IMG/VR virus record: IMGVR_UViG_3300043395_004412
Coordinates: 1-63,455 of that record
Reading direction: 5' to 3' (one strand)
Length of the DNA: 63,455 nucleotides
Source: a virus
Taxonomy: Duplodnaviria > Caudoviricetes
The notes beneath the pieces were generated by a model. It ran no database searches. It was not told where the DNA came from and saw only the letters and a program-made list of their open reading frames with translations. Below are positions 18,817 to 28,246 of the stretch, piece by piece. Both the position numbers and the translations under genes were made by a program. Position 1 is the stretch's first letter, and each line of letters begins with the position of its first letter.

Positions 18817-19436
18817 TTTCTGTTACCCATATTAGACAATGCGATGTACAGTCCCAAAATTTTTTGAGCAAAATTTTGGGCGTATCTATTAACTTGGTCT
18901 AAGTTATCAAGGTCTTTGTTATTTTTCTCCATGAACTTAATAACACCTTGAATAATTTTGTTTTTTGATTCGTCTGCATCCTCCAAAACCGCTTGAAAAT
19001 TCTCGTCGTCTTCTCTTCCTTCACCGTAATAACGGTCTATGTGTTCGCTTCCCGAATAAAGTAACGGATATGCCGCATACATGTTGATTATACCACTGTC
19101 TCTTACTTTATATAGAAATTGTTCTAACCATCTCCAATCAAAATTTTCAAAGACATCAGCATTTTGGGTCATATAGTCCCATGTGGAGTCTCTTGATTCT
19201 TGGATGTTTTCTTCTGATTTAACCTTTTTCCACGCATCTGTTGATGTAATCATACTTAGTGTACTTCCATTTTCCCATTTTACTGATATGATTTTTTCAT
19301 CAGGAGATTCAAATGGGTCTCTCGAAATTTTTTCAACCACACCCATTGTACCAGGAGGGACAGCAGTTTCTTTTTCCATGTGTAATAAAATTATTACATC
19401 ACCTACTTTCAACTCAGGATTTAGTGGACCTTTCAT
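18813..19436 (-). CDS. Two-domain protein (DUF4314-like + DUF5049-like)
   Basis: PPGTMGVV...VKWENGSTLSMI; VRDSGIINMY. Confidence 0.65.
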   Translation of the reverse strand: MKGPLNPELKVGDVIILLHMEKETAVPPGTMGVVEKISRDPFESPDEKIISVKWENGSTLSMITSTDAWKKVKSEENIQESRDSTWDYMTQNADVFENFDWRWLEQFLYKVRDSGIINMYAAYPLLYSGSEHIDRYYGEGREDDENFQAVLEDADESKNKIIQGVIKFMEKNNKDLDNLDQVNRYAQNFAQKILGLYIALSNMGNRN

Positions 19437-19469
19437 ACTAATAAATATAACTGGACTATTTATAATCGT

Positions 19470-20093
19470 ATGGAATTTTTAATAAGTCAATCTCAACTTC
19501 AAGTAATTTTATCCGAGCAAAGGGGAAATGATAATCTTACCGATTCATTGAAAAGAATGAAGGCATTTACCAATAACATGGTTGGAAAAGTGTTAAAGAC
19601 TTACGATATAAATCTAAAAATGTTTTTGACTTGGGGCGCATCTATTGCAGGATTGGTAATGCCTCTAAATGAGTTTTTGAAGACAGGAAATTTGAATATC
19701 AACGAGAGTGAGAGGTATTTAATTCTCTGCGGGGTTGCATTTTTGATTTTTTTCGAAGGTAAAAGAGGAATGCAAAAATTACTTCATAAAATTAAAGAAG
19801 AAGGTTTGGAAGAAGCGTTTGATGCCGCTCTTTTCAAAGCCTACCAATTGAAAGATGCTTTCTCAGATTTTTTACGTTCAACGAAGATTATTTCAAGTCA
19901 GTTTTTAGAAATAGTTTCCTACGCCTTTTTAATCCCAATAATTGGTGATATACAAAATTTAGTTGCAAATACGACAGATTTGAAATCAACGGCTATTATG
20001 GTTGCCGAAAGATTAGTGGCATCTGGCGCAATTTTACTTACTCGTGAAGTTCTTTTGAATTTAATCAAAAAACTTATCAAGAGATTGGGATAA
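19470..20093 (+). CDS. Hypothetical membrane-associated protein with leader motif
   Basis: MEFLISQSQL..ILSEQ; hydrophobic helices. Confidence 0.75.
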   Translation: MEFLISQSQLQVILSEQRGNDNLTDSLKRMKAFTNNMVGKVLKTYDINLKMFLTWGASIAGLVMPLNEFLKTGNLNINESERYLILCGVAFLIFFEGKRGMQKLLHKIKEEGLEEAFDAALFKAYQLKDAFSDFLRSTKIISSQFLEIVSYAFLIPIIGDIQNLVANTTDLKSTAIMVAERLVASGAILLTREVLLNLIKKLIKRLG

Positions 20094-20832
20094 AAAAATC
20101 GGGTTGAATCTTGCCGTATCTTTCTTCTTGTTTAACTCTAATCCCATTTAGTCTATTCACTCTGATAAAAACTTGAGCATATACGTCCTCAACTTTATCA
20201 ATTTTTGTTTCAGGTGAAATTACCTCATATATGTAGTCTTCCATTTTAGGAATAAACCAATCTCTATCAACTAAAAGACTCCAAAGAGTTCCAGCCACAT
20301 CATTTAGTTTTTCAGGATTTGGTATTACGGGTGTTTTATCTAATTCAAAGTCGGAGAGTTCCATTTTCATATAAAAATTTACGTTTTCATGAATTCCATC
20401 ATAAGGAACTTTATCCCAACTTAATCTACAACTCATATCCAAAGTCTTTTCACTCTCGAAAACTGTTATGCCAATCCTTCCGAATTCATCGTTACATTTT
20501 TTGATAATTTCACTTAGTGATTCTTTATTAATGAATGTAAAAGTATTGTTAAATAGCTCTTCATCGTTAACGTCCATAACGATAGTATACGAATACGTTT
20601 TTCCAATAAATTTGTAGGCTTCGTAAATTTGGTCTTGAATTAAACTATCCAACACTTGAGCTATGTAAGATTGATTTTCTTGAGGAAGAATAACATTTAC
20701 ATTGAATCTGAAAGCATCGGCAAACCCTTCTTCAATCTCAATATCAAAGTATTGAAAGATAATTCCCTCAAATTCAATTGGGTCCTTGAAATATTTTTGT
20801 AGAAATTTTAATATCCCTTGTAATTCATTCAT
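20077..20832 (-). CDS. Hypothetical protein
   Basis: 251-aa ORF. Confidence 0.75.
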   Translation of the reverse strand: MNELQGILKFLQKYFKDPIEFEGIIFQYFDIEIEEGFADAFRFNVNVILPQENQSYIAQVLDSLIQDQIYEAYKFIGKTYSYTIVMDVNDEELFNNTFTFINKESLSEIIKKCNDEFGRIGITVFESEKTLDMSCRLSWDKVPYDGIHENVNFYMKMELSDFELDKTPVIPNPEKLNDVAGTLWSLLVDRDWFIPKMEDYIYEVISPETKIDKVEDVYAQVFIRVNRLNGIRVKQEERYGKIQPDFFIPIS

Positions 20833-21413
20833 TTTTCACTGAGTATTTTTTGAATTACTCTTTCGGCTTGGTCTTTATTCATCCTGTGTTTATGAGGATT
20901 ATCTTCGAACCATTTACGTACCAAAAATTCATAATTGATATTTTCACCTTTGGACCTTCTTTTGAAACCCGCTCTTTGGGCATCTAATTCATGGCTCTGC
21001 GTGTAATATTTTTCAGGATTTTTAGGTTCTTTATTAGGAAATTTGAAACCTTTTTCGTGTTGTTTCAGATGTTCCAATTCATGCCTAACTAATTCATTTA
21101 ATTCACCTATGAGTTGTTGGATTACATTCGTACTGTAACTTGGATTGGAAATTATTTCAATTGAAATGAGGTCTTCGTCTGAATAATATTCGGCGTCAAC
21201 TTCAAAACCATCTACTGAGTCATCAGAGCTAATTTCTAAAAAAATTGAAAATGTCGTTTCTAATTGTGGAAATTCATATTGTAATAAATCATCGTGAAGG
21301 TCTTCGGGTAATCCGAATTCACCGTCCACACCCTTCTTGTAGATTGTTATAATATCTCTAACAATCTGTCGAACAACACTATCTAATTTATCCTCTAAAA
21401 TTAATTTTTTCAT
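20829..21413 (-). CDS. HExxH zinc-metallopeptidase-like protein
   Basis: VRHELEHLKQ ... YY...HELDA. Confidence 0.65.
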   Translation of the reverse strand: MKKLILEDKLDSVVRQIVRDIITIYKKGVDGEFGLPEDLHDDLLQYEFPQLETTFSIFLEISSDDSVDGFEVDAEYYSDEDLISIEIISNPSYSTNVIQQLIGELNELVRHELEHLKQHEKGFKFPNKEPKNPEKYYTQSHELDAQRAGFKRRSKGENINYEFLVRKWFEDNPHKHRMNKDQAERVIQKILSEK

Positions 21414-21415
21414 TA

Positions 21416-21850
21416 TTAATAAATACCTCTGAATGGGATTGATAAACCAACCCCATACCTGAAACCTTCCATGTAGTTTACACCGAAAGTGAAATCCAAA
21501 CCTTTTTCGGTTTTTGTAAGGATTCTGAGAGGGTAAATTTTAACCCAAATGTCTGGTTTAACGGATATACTATCTCTGAATGATTCTACAAAACCTCCCG
21601 CCATAAGGGAAATCCTATGATTGGAAATAGATAAACCTAATCTATTGAATCTACTAGCAGGTGTTGTGTAAATGTAAGGTGTTGGAAAAGAAGTTAAGAT
21701 GTATCCGCCCAAATAAAACCCAAATCCATTAAAATCATTGTTGTATGTTACAACAACTGTTTTTTGGTCTGGAACCCACATTGCGTCACTTGTTTGACTG
21801 AAGGATTTTAAACAAATTATAAAGAATATTGTTGTTAGAGTTGTTTTCAT
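21416..21850 (-). CDS. Putative secreted/outer-membrane beta-strand protein
   Basis: Signal peptide (SFSQ); amphipathic aromatic strands; TATATTTG promoter. Confidence 0.6.
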   Translation of the reverse strand: MKTTLTTIFFIICLKSFSQTSDAMWVPDQKTVVVTYNNDFNGFGFYLGGYILTSFPTPYIYTTPASRFNRLGLSISNHRISLMAGGFVESFRDSISVKPDIWVKIYPLRILTKTEKGLDFTFGVNYMEGFRYGVGLSIPFRGIY

Positions 21851-21922
21851 ACAACAAATATAATATCTTTATGTGAGAAAATAAAATGCGTCAGTTTTTC
21901 AAACTAGCACATATTTATTTTT

Positions 21923-22267
21923 ATGGAAAAAAAGAGAAACAGTGGTGGAGGTAACAAAAAAGCTTCGGATGCGAGAGTTAGGTGGGCAATAGAAAATCTA
22001 ACAATTCCTGACGATAAAGTTTTTTGTGAAAACGCCACAATTGCTCGGCATCACGTTAAAAGAAAAATCATTCAAAGAAATTTGATAGACTATAAATGTG
22101 AGTTATGTGGAAACAAGGGAGAGTGGATGGGAAAATCTTTACCATTAATACTTGACCACATAAACGGAATAAATAACGATAATAGATTAGTTAATTTACG
22201 TTTTTTGTGTAGTAACTGTGATTCACAATTACCTACATATAAAAATCGTAGAGGAAATAGTGGTTAG
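21923..22267 (+). CDS. HNH endonuclease (tRNA-adjacent, homing type)
   Basis: CELCG, LILDHINGINNDNRLVNLRFLCSNCDSQ. Confidence 0.9.
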   Translation: MEKKRNSGGGNKKASDARVRWAIENLTIPDDKVFCENATIARHHVKRKIIQRNLIDYKCELCGNKGEWMGKSLPLILDHINGINNDNRLVNLRFLCSNCDSQLPTYKNRRGNSG

Positions 22268-22271
22268 TATT

Positions 22272-22359
22272 GGAAAGATGGCAGAGTTGGTCGATTGCAC
22301 CTGACTTGAAATCAGGAGTACCTGTGAGGGTACCGTGGGTTCGAATCCTACTCTTTCCG
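22272..22359 (+). tRNA. tRNA-Ser(TGA)
   Basis: GGAAAGA/TCTTTCC acceptor; CCTGA-CT TGA AA-TCAGG; long variable arm. Confidence 0.95.
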
Positions 22360-22360
22360 C

Positions 22361-22389
22361 AAAAGGTGGATAACTTATCCACCTTTTTT
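22361..22389 (+). terminator. Terminator after tRNA-Ser
   Basis: AAAAGGTGGATAA-C-TTATCCACCTTTT. Confidence 0.8.
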
Positions 22390-22434
22390 ATTTGACTGAA
22401 AAAAATAATTGTTTTATGTTTTAAAAAAAAAGTT

Positions 22435-23436
22435 ATGTCTCGAATTGATGAACTGAAAAAACAATACCCCGAACTTAATGTATCACTATTAGATATTATA
22501 GTTAATTTGGATACATCCAAAACTTACAAATATGCACCTCTCTTTTGTAAACTGATTGCCAAAAGATTGAATTTAAAAAATAACAATCCAAATGAAAATT
22601 ACATTGATGTAAAACTTAGGTATGAGTCTAGTTTGATAAATAGAGGAATTTCTACAATCAATTTGACTGATAACGAGTTGTTTGTATACAACATGCTCAT
22701 GGAATATTTCCCAACTGAGATTTTTTCTACAATCAAAGAGTTCATGTATTTTATGGATAAGAATCAAATTGAAAATAAGGATGTTACATCGTATTCGACG
22801 ATTGATGAAATTAGAGGTGCAATTACTTTAGCATCAATGAAAGAACTTACCAAAGAACTTGAAGGTCAGGTTATAAAAGAATACGAAGACGAGGTTTGGG
22901 TTGCTGTTAGACCTCTCACATTCCAAGCATCGGTAAAATATGGTGCAGGTACAAGATGGTGTACTACTTACCAAGCAGAGAAAAATTATTTTGAAAGATA
23001 TTGGAGAGGGGGAATTCTATGTTACTTCATCAACAAAAAAACTGGTTATAAGTTCGCAGGTTACAGAAGTTTACCTGATAGGGAAATGAGTTTTTGGAAT
23101 GCTGCTGATAATCGTGTTGATTATTTGGATTTGGAAATTGAAGACTATATGTTCAATAAGATAAGAAAAATTTTCTCTTCTGAATTCACAAACAAAAATC
23201 TCTCCTCAGATGAAATTCAGGATTTAGTACATAAAGAATGTATTGAAGCATATGAAAAGAAAGAGGTTTTAGTCGAACAAGATATTCCACAATTGGAACA
23301 ATTGGTTGCTAACGAACCACAACCTATGGATGGACCTAATCAGGTTTTAATAAACGCGGCTCATAGATATAGGACTATGACTGCTGTACCAAGATTTGAA
23401 GAACCTGAAGTCCCTATAATTCCAATTAGAGGATAA
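22435..23436 (+). CDS. Hypothetical phage protein (PLT..AS.KYG..T.WC family)
   Basis: Motif shared with 61026..61514. Confidence 0.8.
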   Translation: MSRIDELKKQYPELNVSLLDIIVNLDTSKTYKYAPLFCKLIAKRLNLKNNNPNENYIDVKLRYESSLINRGISTINLTDNELFVYNMLMEYFPTEIFSTIKEFMYFMDKNQIENKDVTSYSTIDEIRGAITLASMKELTKELEGQVIKEYEDEVWVAVRPLTFQASVKYGAGTRWCTTYQAEKNYFERYWRGGILCYFINKKTGYKFAGYRSLPDREMSFWNAADNRVDYLDLEIEDYMFNKIRKIFSSEFTNKNLSSDEIQDLVHKECIEAYEKKEVLVEQDIPQLEQLVANEPQPMDGPNQVLINAAHRYRTMTAVPRFEEPEVPIIPIRG

Positions 23437-23441
23437 AATTG

Positions 23442-23465
23442 AACCCACCTTTATGGTGGGTTTTT
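23442..23465 (+). terminator. Intrinsic terminator
   Basis: AACCCACC-TTTAT-GGTGGGTTTTT. Confidence 0.75.
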
Positions 23466-23494
23466 AATTACAATAGTTAGGTATTTATCATAAT

Positions 23495-24262
23495 ATGAGG
23501 ACGCTCAACGAAATATTAGACAAATATAATGTATCCGAAAAAAATGGTTCTTTGGGTAATTTGAAAGCGCTCAAAAAAACAATCGAAGAACTTGAAAAAT
23601 TGGATAAAGTTTTACTCTTACCTTGTTCGAATAGATACAATTGGGATTTGGGTAAAATGGATATTCCAAAGTCTACTATTTTAGCAATGGTGATTGATGA
23701 ATACCTTGGTGATAAGTCTGTTCTGATTGATGTACCTGAACTCAAAATTTATCCCTGTGAAGGAAACGTATCAAGAGCTGAAGGTAATTCTTGTGGACTG
23801 AAAAAAGCCATGTTGAAAGACAAAACAAAGAATCCATCAGGGGAACATAGATGTTGGGCTAGTCTAAACAACAAAGATGATGAACTTTGGAAAATATCAA
23901 AGGAACTTTTGGAATCTGACGCTGTTATATTTTTCTCATCAGTAAGATGGGGTCAGGCAAATATGTTTTATCAGAAACTAATTGAAAGACTTACTTGGTT
24001 AGAAAATAGGCACACAACTTTGGGGGAATCTAACATAATCAAAGATATTCAAAGTGGATTTATTTGTGTCGGTCAAAACTGGAAAGGTATAGATGTGGTA
24101 GATACTCAAAAAAGAGTACACACATATTTCGGATTCAGACCGAATGATGACTTCTATTGGAATTGGCAGTTCACAAATAAAATTTCCGACGAGACACAAA
24201 AATCCTATAAAGAAGCCTTCCCTAAGTTTGTTGAAAAATTCGACTTAAAAGATTTAATCTAA
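23495..24262 (+). CDS. Flavodoxin-fold NADPH-dependent FMN reductase / iron-sulfur flavoprotein-like
   Basis: IYPCEGN..C..HRCW, DDEL, ESDAVIFFSSVRWG, LIERL. Confidence 0.8.
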   Translation: MRTLNEILDKYNVSEKNGSLGNLKALKKTIEELEKLDKVLLLPCSNRYNWDLGKMDIPKSTILAMVIDEYLGDKSVLIDVPELKIYPCEGNVSRAEGNSCGLKKAMLKDKTKNPSGEHRCWASLNNKDDELWKISKELLESDAVIFFSSVRWGQANMFYQKLIERLTWLENRHTTLGESNIIKDIQSGFICVGQNWKGIDVVDTQKRVHTYFGFRPNDDFYWNWQFTNKISDETQKSYKEAFPKFVEKFDLKDLI

Positions 24263-24831
24263 AGTTCTTTCAAAATTTTCTCAATTTCCTTCCACTTTTT
24301 TGTAATTTCTTTTGGAGTTTTTCCTTCGGTTAACACTAAGGTTACACCGTCGGCATTCTTAACAGGAGCTTTACCTCTAAGTTTTTCAAAAATGTTCCCT
24401 TCATCCACCATACCAAGTACACCTTTTGTTTGATATTTCCTCAACTTTTTCAAAAATTCATTTTGTGTGTACGGTAATCTATAATTTTGGTTTTTGTAGA
24501 AAAACTTTCTATTTGTCTCAGGATTTATCAACTCAATCCCATCTTTTCTAATTCTATTTTTTGTGTGGGCAATTGTTTTGAATATTTTTTCATAATGGTC
24601 ATTATTTTTTATGTGACCTGAGCAAGATGGGGTTGTGGGTATATTCTTTGAATGAAGGCCAATAACAATATCTTTCAAATCTTCATCTAAAGTGTTATAG
24701 AAATTTTTGTTGTTGGGTAACCTGAATTCTCGTGGTGATTCGTAAAAGAAAAACCAAGGGCACTTTTCTGTTTTTAACCAGAAACCTTTATGAAAATTTT
24801 CATGAGGTATAAAATCTGAATTCAAAATCAT
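24259..24831 (-). CDS. Hypothetical protein (T..SCSGH motif)
   Basis: LDEDL..IV..L...NIPTTPSCSGH. Confidence 0.7.
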   Translation of the reverse strand: MILNSDFIPHENFHKGFWLKTEKCPWFFFYESPREFRLPNNKNFYNTLDEDLKDIVIGLHSKNIPTTPSCSGHIKNNDHYEKIFKTIAHTKNRIRKDGIELINPETNRKFFYKNQNYRLPYTQNEFLKKLRKYQTKGVLGMVDEGNIFEKLRGKAPVKNADGVTLVLTEGKTPKEITKKWKEIEKILKEL

Positions 24832-25097
24832 GCTAATTCTTCAATTTCTACAATCAAGGTACCTTTACCCTTTATGACCCTATGCCAAGCAAATTTTGGA
24901 ATATAAATTTGTTTGGCATCAACTAATTTGGTCGGCAAACAATCTTCCATTTGAAATTCCCATCCGCCACCTTCAACTACAGTAACTTTTCTGTCTTTTA
25001 AGTCTTGATGCCATTTCAATTCCTCGGACTCAACGTCAGGAGCAAAAACTCTTCTGAGTTTGTTACCAATTATTTCTTGTTGGAAGGGGTAGTTCAT
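24828..25097 (-). CDS. Small cupin-fold protein
   Basis: WHQD..DR, IPKFAWHRVIKG. Confidence 0.75.
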   Translation of the reverse strand: MNYPFQQEIIGNKLRRVFAPDVESEELKWHQDLKDRKVTVVEGGGWEFQMEDCLPTKLVDAKQIYIPKFAWHRVIKGKGTLIVEIEELA

Positions 25098-25411
25098 AAC
25101 TCCATTACTTTTTTCATGTTTGGTGACTTATTCCAATGTATTTTTACTCTAAAATTTATTGAAAAAACTTGAAAGAAATTACTGATGTCTTTTTCGATAC
25201 CAGAAAGGGACATTTTCGTAGTCGTATGGGGTTCAACATCTATAAAAACATGAATTATTGGTGGTTGATAACTTCCCTTTAGAATGCTTTTTACATTCAT
25301 GGTAAGGGGTTCACTACGTTCAGCATTCGAAACTGGTAAAACTACCGTATCTAAGTAATCTTGGAGAAATTCTTTGATTCTATCGAATTCCATACCCTTT
25401 TTAATTTCCAT
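25094..25411 (-). CDS. Hypothetical protein
   Basis: Operon packing. Confidence 0.7.
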   Translation of the reverse strand: MEIKKGMEFDRIKEFLQDYLDTVVLPVSNAERSEPLTMNVKSILKGSYQPPIIHVFIDVEPHTTTKMSLSGIEKDISNFFQVFSINFRVKIHWNKSPNMKKVMEL

Positions 25412-26028
25412 TACCAAGAGTTTGAGGATGATAATCCCAACTGCTTAGCATATCTTCCCACATTACATGACCAATATCCCGCTGTTGTTCTGTCTTTCTT
25501 TTGGTCACATCTGTGTCTTGCTCTGAAAGATTTTGCAGCCCCTTTATTCCTATTTCTCACTTTTAATTTTGGGTCACCAAAAGTGACTTTTTTAACGCCA
25601 CCATTTTTTGATTTTACATAAACCGCAAACTTTTTAGGTCCACCAGGAGTTCTGAATGGTTTTCCCAATTTTACATTTTTTCCTCTGTGTTTAGCTTCTT
25701 CCAGAACCTCTTCATCATTCAATTCGAATGGGGCGTCTAAGTAAACAATTTCCTCTCCAATCTTAACTCTTTTACCTAAGTCAGATTCGACCATTAAAGT
25801 ATCCTCTTCATTCAAGTTTATTTTACCTTGTTCCCAAAGATTTCTTACTTCATTAACCAAGTCAAAATAACCCTTAGAGTACACTCTGAAAACATTATCA
25901 GTCAATGATAATTCATTATCTATATGATATTTTAGAGCTTCTGAAATTTCTACTTTATCTGTAAGAACCAAAGTTTGATTTAATTGTTTTTCTAACGCTT
26001 CTTTAATGATTTGTCTTAAATTTCTCAT
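25411..26028 (-). CDS. Protein with acidic N-terminus and basic C-terminal phage domain
   Basis: KKFAVYV...KKVTFGD...SFRARHRC...AGYWSC. Confidence 0.8.
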   Translation of the reverse strand: MRNLRQIIKEALEKQLNQTLVLTDKVEISEALKYHIDNELSLTDNVFRVYSKGYFDLVNEVRNLWEQGKINLNEEDTLMVESDLGKRVKIGEEIVYLDAPFELNDEEVLEEAKHRGKNVKLGKPFRTPGGPKKFAVYVKSKNGGVKKVTFGDPKLKVRNRNKGAAKSFRARHRCDQKKDRTTAGYWSCNVGRYAKQLGLSSSNSW

Positions 26029-26031
26029 ATA

Positions 26032-27138
26032 CTATAAATTTGGTTTGAGTACTGTTAATACTTCAGGGAATTCTTTATCGAGAACAGCTTCGTTTTTTCC
26101 TTCATAAGGAATATTTTGAAGAACGTATCTTATTGCATTTAAACCTGATACTCTCTTATCCTCAGCATCAATAATAACCCATGGATGATTCAGTGTAGAT
26201 GTTTTATCAAATAATTTTTCTTTAAATTCAGTAAATCTGTCCCACAAATCTTGCATTTTGGAATCGTTTGGTGAATATTTCCAATATTTTAACGGAGATT
26301 GTTGTCTCATTTTGAATCTTCTTGCTTGCGTGTCTTTGTCTATTGAAAACCACAACTTGAAAAGATAGTCACCTTCCTTTACTAAATCACTTTCAAAATC
26401 CTCAACGTTTTCCATAAAGTCTTCATACTCTTCAATTGAGCCATAACCCATTACGGGTTCAATGAGACCTCTATTATACCAACTTCTATCAAAAAGATTA
26501 ATCATTCCAGGTCTTATTTGTTTACGATATCTCCCCCACCAATCTTTCCTATCTTCAGGTGAAGGCACTCCTAAGGCAATCACATTATAATATCTTGGAT
26601 TCAAGTTTTCGACAAATTTTTTGATTGTTGAGCCTTTTCCTGCAGAGTCTCTACCTTCAAAAACAATTATCACTGTTTTATTCGTTTTTTTTAACCATTC
26701 TTGTAGTTTGAGTAATTCCACTTGTAACTCGTAAAGTTCTTTTCTAAAAACTTTTTTGGGTATTATCGATGGCTCTTCAACTTCAAACTCATAATCTTCA
26801 CTTTCTGGTTCAGTGCCATAACCTGACCTTTCTCTGTATTTTAGAGACGTAATAATTTTACCCAAATATTCTTCCACATTTTTTTTCTTGTCCCCCTTTT
26901 TCAAAAGTACTTTTCTCAAACCCCTACCCATCATATCAAAATCAATAATTTGAGTTGTTGAAAAATGTGTTATGTCCATTAACATTTTTTCAATCTTTGG
27001 AGAGTACAGTTTAAGGAATTCCAAAGTTTCAACAAATTTTTTCAAATTCGTATTCATACTTGGGCCTTCAACCCCATTTTCTTCTTTCAATATACCCATT
27101 ACAGAACGGATACGACTTAATTCATTTAGGACGGACAT
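26032..27138 (-). CDS. ppk2: Polyphosphate kinase 2 with N-terminal extension
   Basis: LQVELLKLQ, FEGRDSAGKG, LFDRSWYNR, KYWKYSPND. Confidence 0.95.
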   Translation of the reverse strand: MSVLNELSRIRSVMGILKEENGVEGPSMNTNLKKFVETLEFLKLYSPKIEKMLMDITHFSTTQIIDFDMMGRGLRKVLLKKGDKKKNVEEYLGKIITSLKYRERSGYGTEPESEDYEFEVEEPSIIPKKVFRKELYELQVELLKLQEWLKKTNKTVIIVFEGRDSAGKGSTIKKFVENLNPRYYNVIALGVPSPEDRKDWWGRYRKQIRPGMINLFDRSWYNRGLIEPVMGYGSIEEYEDFMENVEDFESDLVKEGDYLFKLWFSIDKDTQARRFKMRQQSPLKYWKYSPNDSKMQDLWDRFTEFKEKLFDKTSTLNHPWVIIDAEDKRVSGLNAIRYVLQNIPYEGKNEAVLDKEFPEVLTVLKPNL

Positions 27139-27223
27139 TCGAACTTTTCTTTATAAATATTATTTTAATCGGTATTTCTATATTTATCTATACCAAGATA
27201 CTAAATCAAAAAAATCAATAAAA

Positions 27224-27526
27224 ATGGCAACAAGAAAAACTGCATTAGACTCTGCTGTTTCGACAGTAAAACCACCAATTACATTTAAGGAATTCTCGAA
27301 AGACCCTGTGAAAGGTCTTTTATTCATTGTGTTAATCGCAATTGGATATCTCTATGTAGATATTAAACTATCAAACAAAGAAATCGTTAGTAAGCAAGAT
27401 GCTAAAATAGAAGCCTTGGAAGGTAAGGTCACAGTGCTTGTGGACCAACTTCGTAAATCTGATAGTACATCCGCCTCATTGGCATCAAAAATTTCAGTTC
27501 TACAAGAACTAGGTAAAATAAAATAA
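27224..27526 (+). CDS. Membrane-anchored coiled-coil protein (holin or i-spanin candidate)
   Basis: Single TM then coiled coil; first gene of lysis cluster. Confidence 0.65.
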   Translation: MATRKTALDSAVSTVKPPITFKEFSKDPVKGLLFIVLIAIGYLYVDIKLSNKEIVSKQDAKIEALEGKVTVLVDQLRKSDSTSASLASKISVLQELGKIK

Positions 27527-27527
27527 G

Positions 27528-27860
27528 ATGAAATACTCAATACTACTTCTACTAATAGTGTTGGGATGTACATCACCAACAGAAACTAAAATCGAAAATA
27601 ATGAAACATATTCAGCAATTGATTCAATCATTGGTCAAAGTAAAAAAAACCTTGTTGGACTTGATTCAACAATTAAAAGAACTGATTCTACCATCACAGG
27701 AAAAGTAGAAAAAACGGTTAAACAAATCTCAACTCTAAAAGAAGAGAACACAAAATTAAAAAAAGAAAATGAAAATCTTAAAAGCAAGCTTGACGATGCT
27801 AATGATGTTGGTCAGCCTTTCAAGCTACTCCCAGTATCCAACGGTCAAGACAATAGGTAA
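27528..27860 (+). CDS. Coiled-coil lipoprotein (o-spanin candidate)
   Basis: LIVLGC lipobox; heptad repeats. Confidence 0.65.
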   Translation: MKYSILLLLIVLGCTSPTETKIENNETYSAIDSIIGQSKKNLVGLDSTIKRTDSTITGKVEKTVKQISTLKEENTKLKKENENLKSKLDDANDVGQPFKLLPVSNGQDNR

Positions 27861-28194
27861 AGATACTGTTGTTATTATGACTGTAAAACAAGGTGAAGAC
27901 ATTAACCAAAGATTCATTTTACTAAATGATAGTATTAAAAAAGTTAATGTAAGCTTCGATAAATACATGTTAGAAAACGGGATGCGTTTACAAAAAGTCT
28001 ATTCCGATTATAACATGGAATTAAATAATCACAGACAAACTAGAGCGGAAGCAGATAGTATCAAAAATCTCTATCTTCTTAACAAAAAACTTTATATGAA
28101 TGCTGAAGAAGACCATAGAAGAGAAGTCAGAAATTTATTTGGTTTTACACTAATATCGTTTTTTCTTACAATATTCGTTTCCTTCAGTAAATAA
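27769..28194 (+). CDS. Signal-peptide, coiled-coil, C-terminal TM protein (lysis accessory)
   Basis: SSYSQ signal cleavage; C-terminal hydrophobic helix; overlaps lipoprotein gene. Confidence 0.65.
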   Translation: MKILKASLTMLMMLVSLSSYSQYPTVKTIGKDTVVIMTVKQGEDINQRFILLNDSIKKVNVSFDKYMLENGMRLQKVYSDYNMELNNHRQTRAEADSIKNLYLLNKKLYMNAEEDHRREVRNLFGFTLISFFLTIFVSFSK

Positions 28195-28246
28195 AAGTTG
28201 TATGTCCAATCTTTAAAATAAAAATATTTATTAAAAAAATTAATTT

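Noticed and set aside
21887-21910. Possible tRNA fragment upstream of the HNH gene
   Set aside because: Weak resemblance to an anticodon arm only; no D- or T-arm
24259-24831. Assignment as tRNA methyltransferase Tyw3 from TTPSCSGH
   Set aside because: Only a short motif resemblance; not enough to assign function
26972-27223. N-terminal extension of ORF 26972..27526
   Set aside because: Overlaps ppk2 antisense and the promoter region; likely start is ATG 27224
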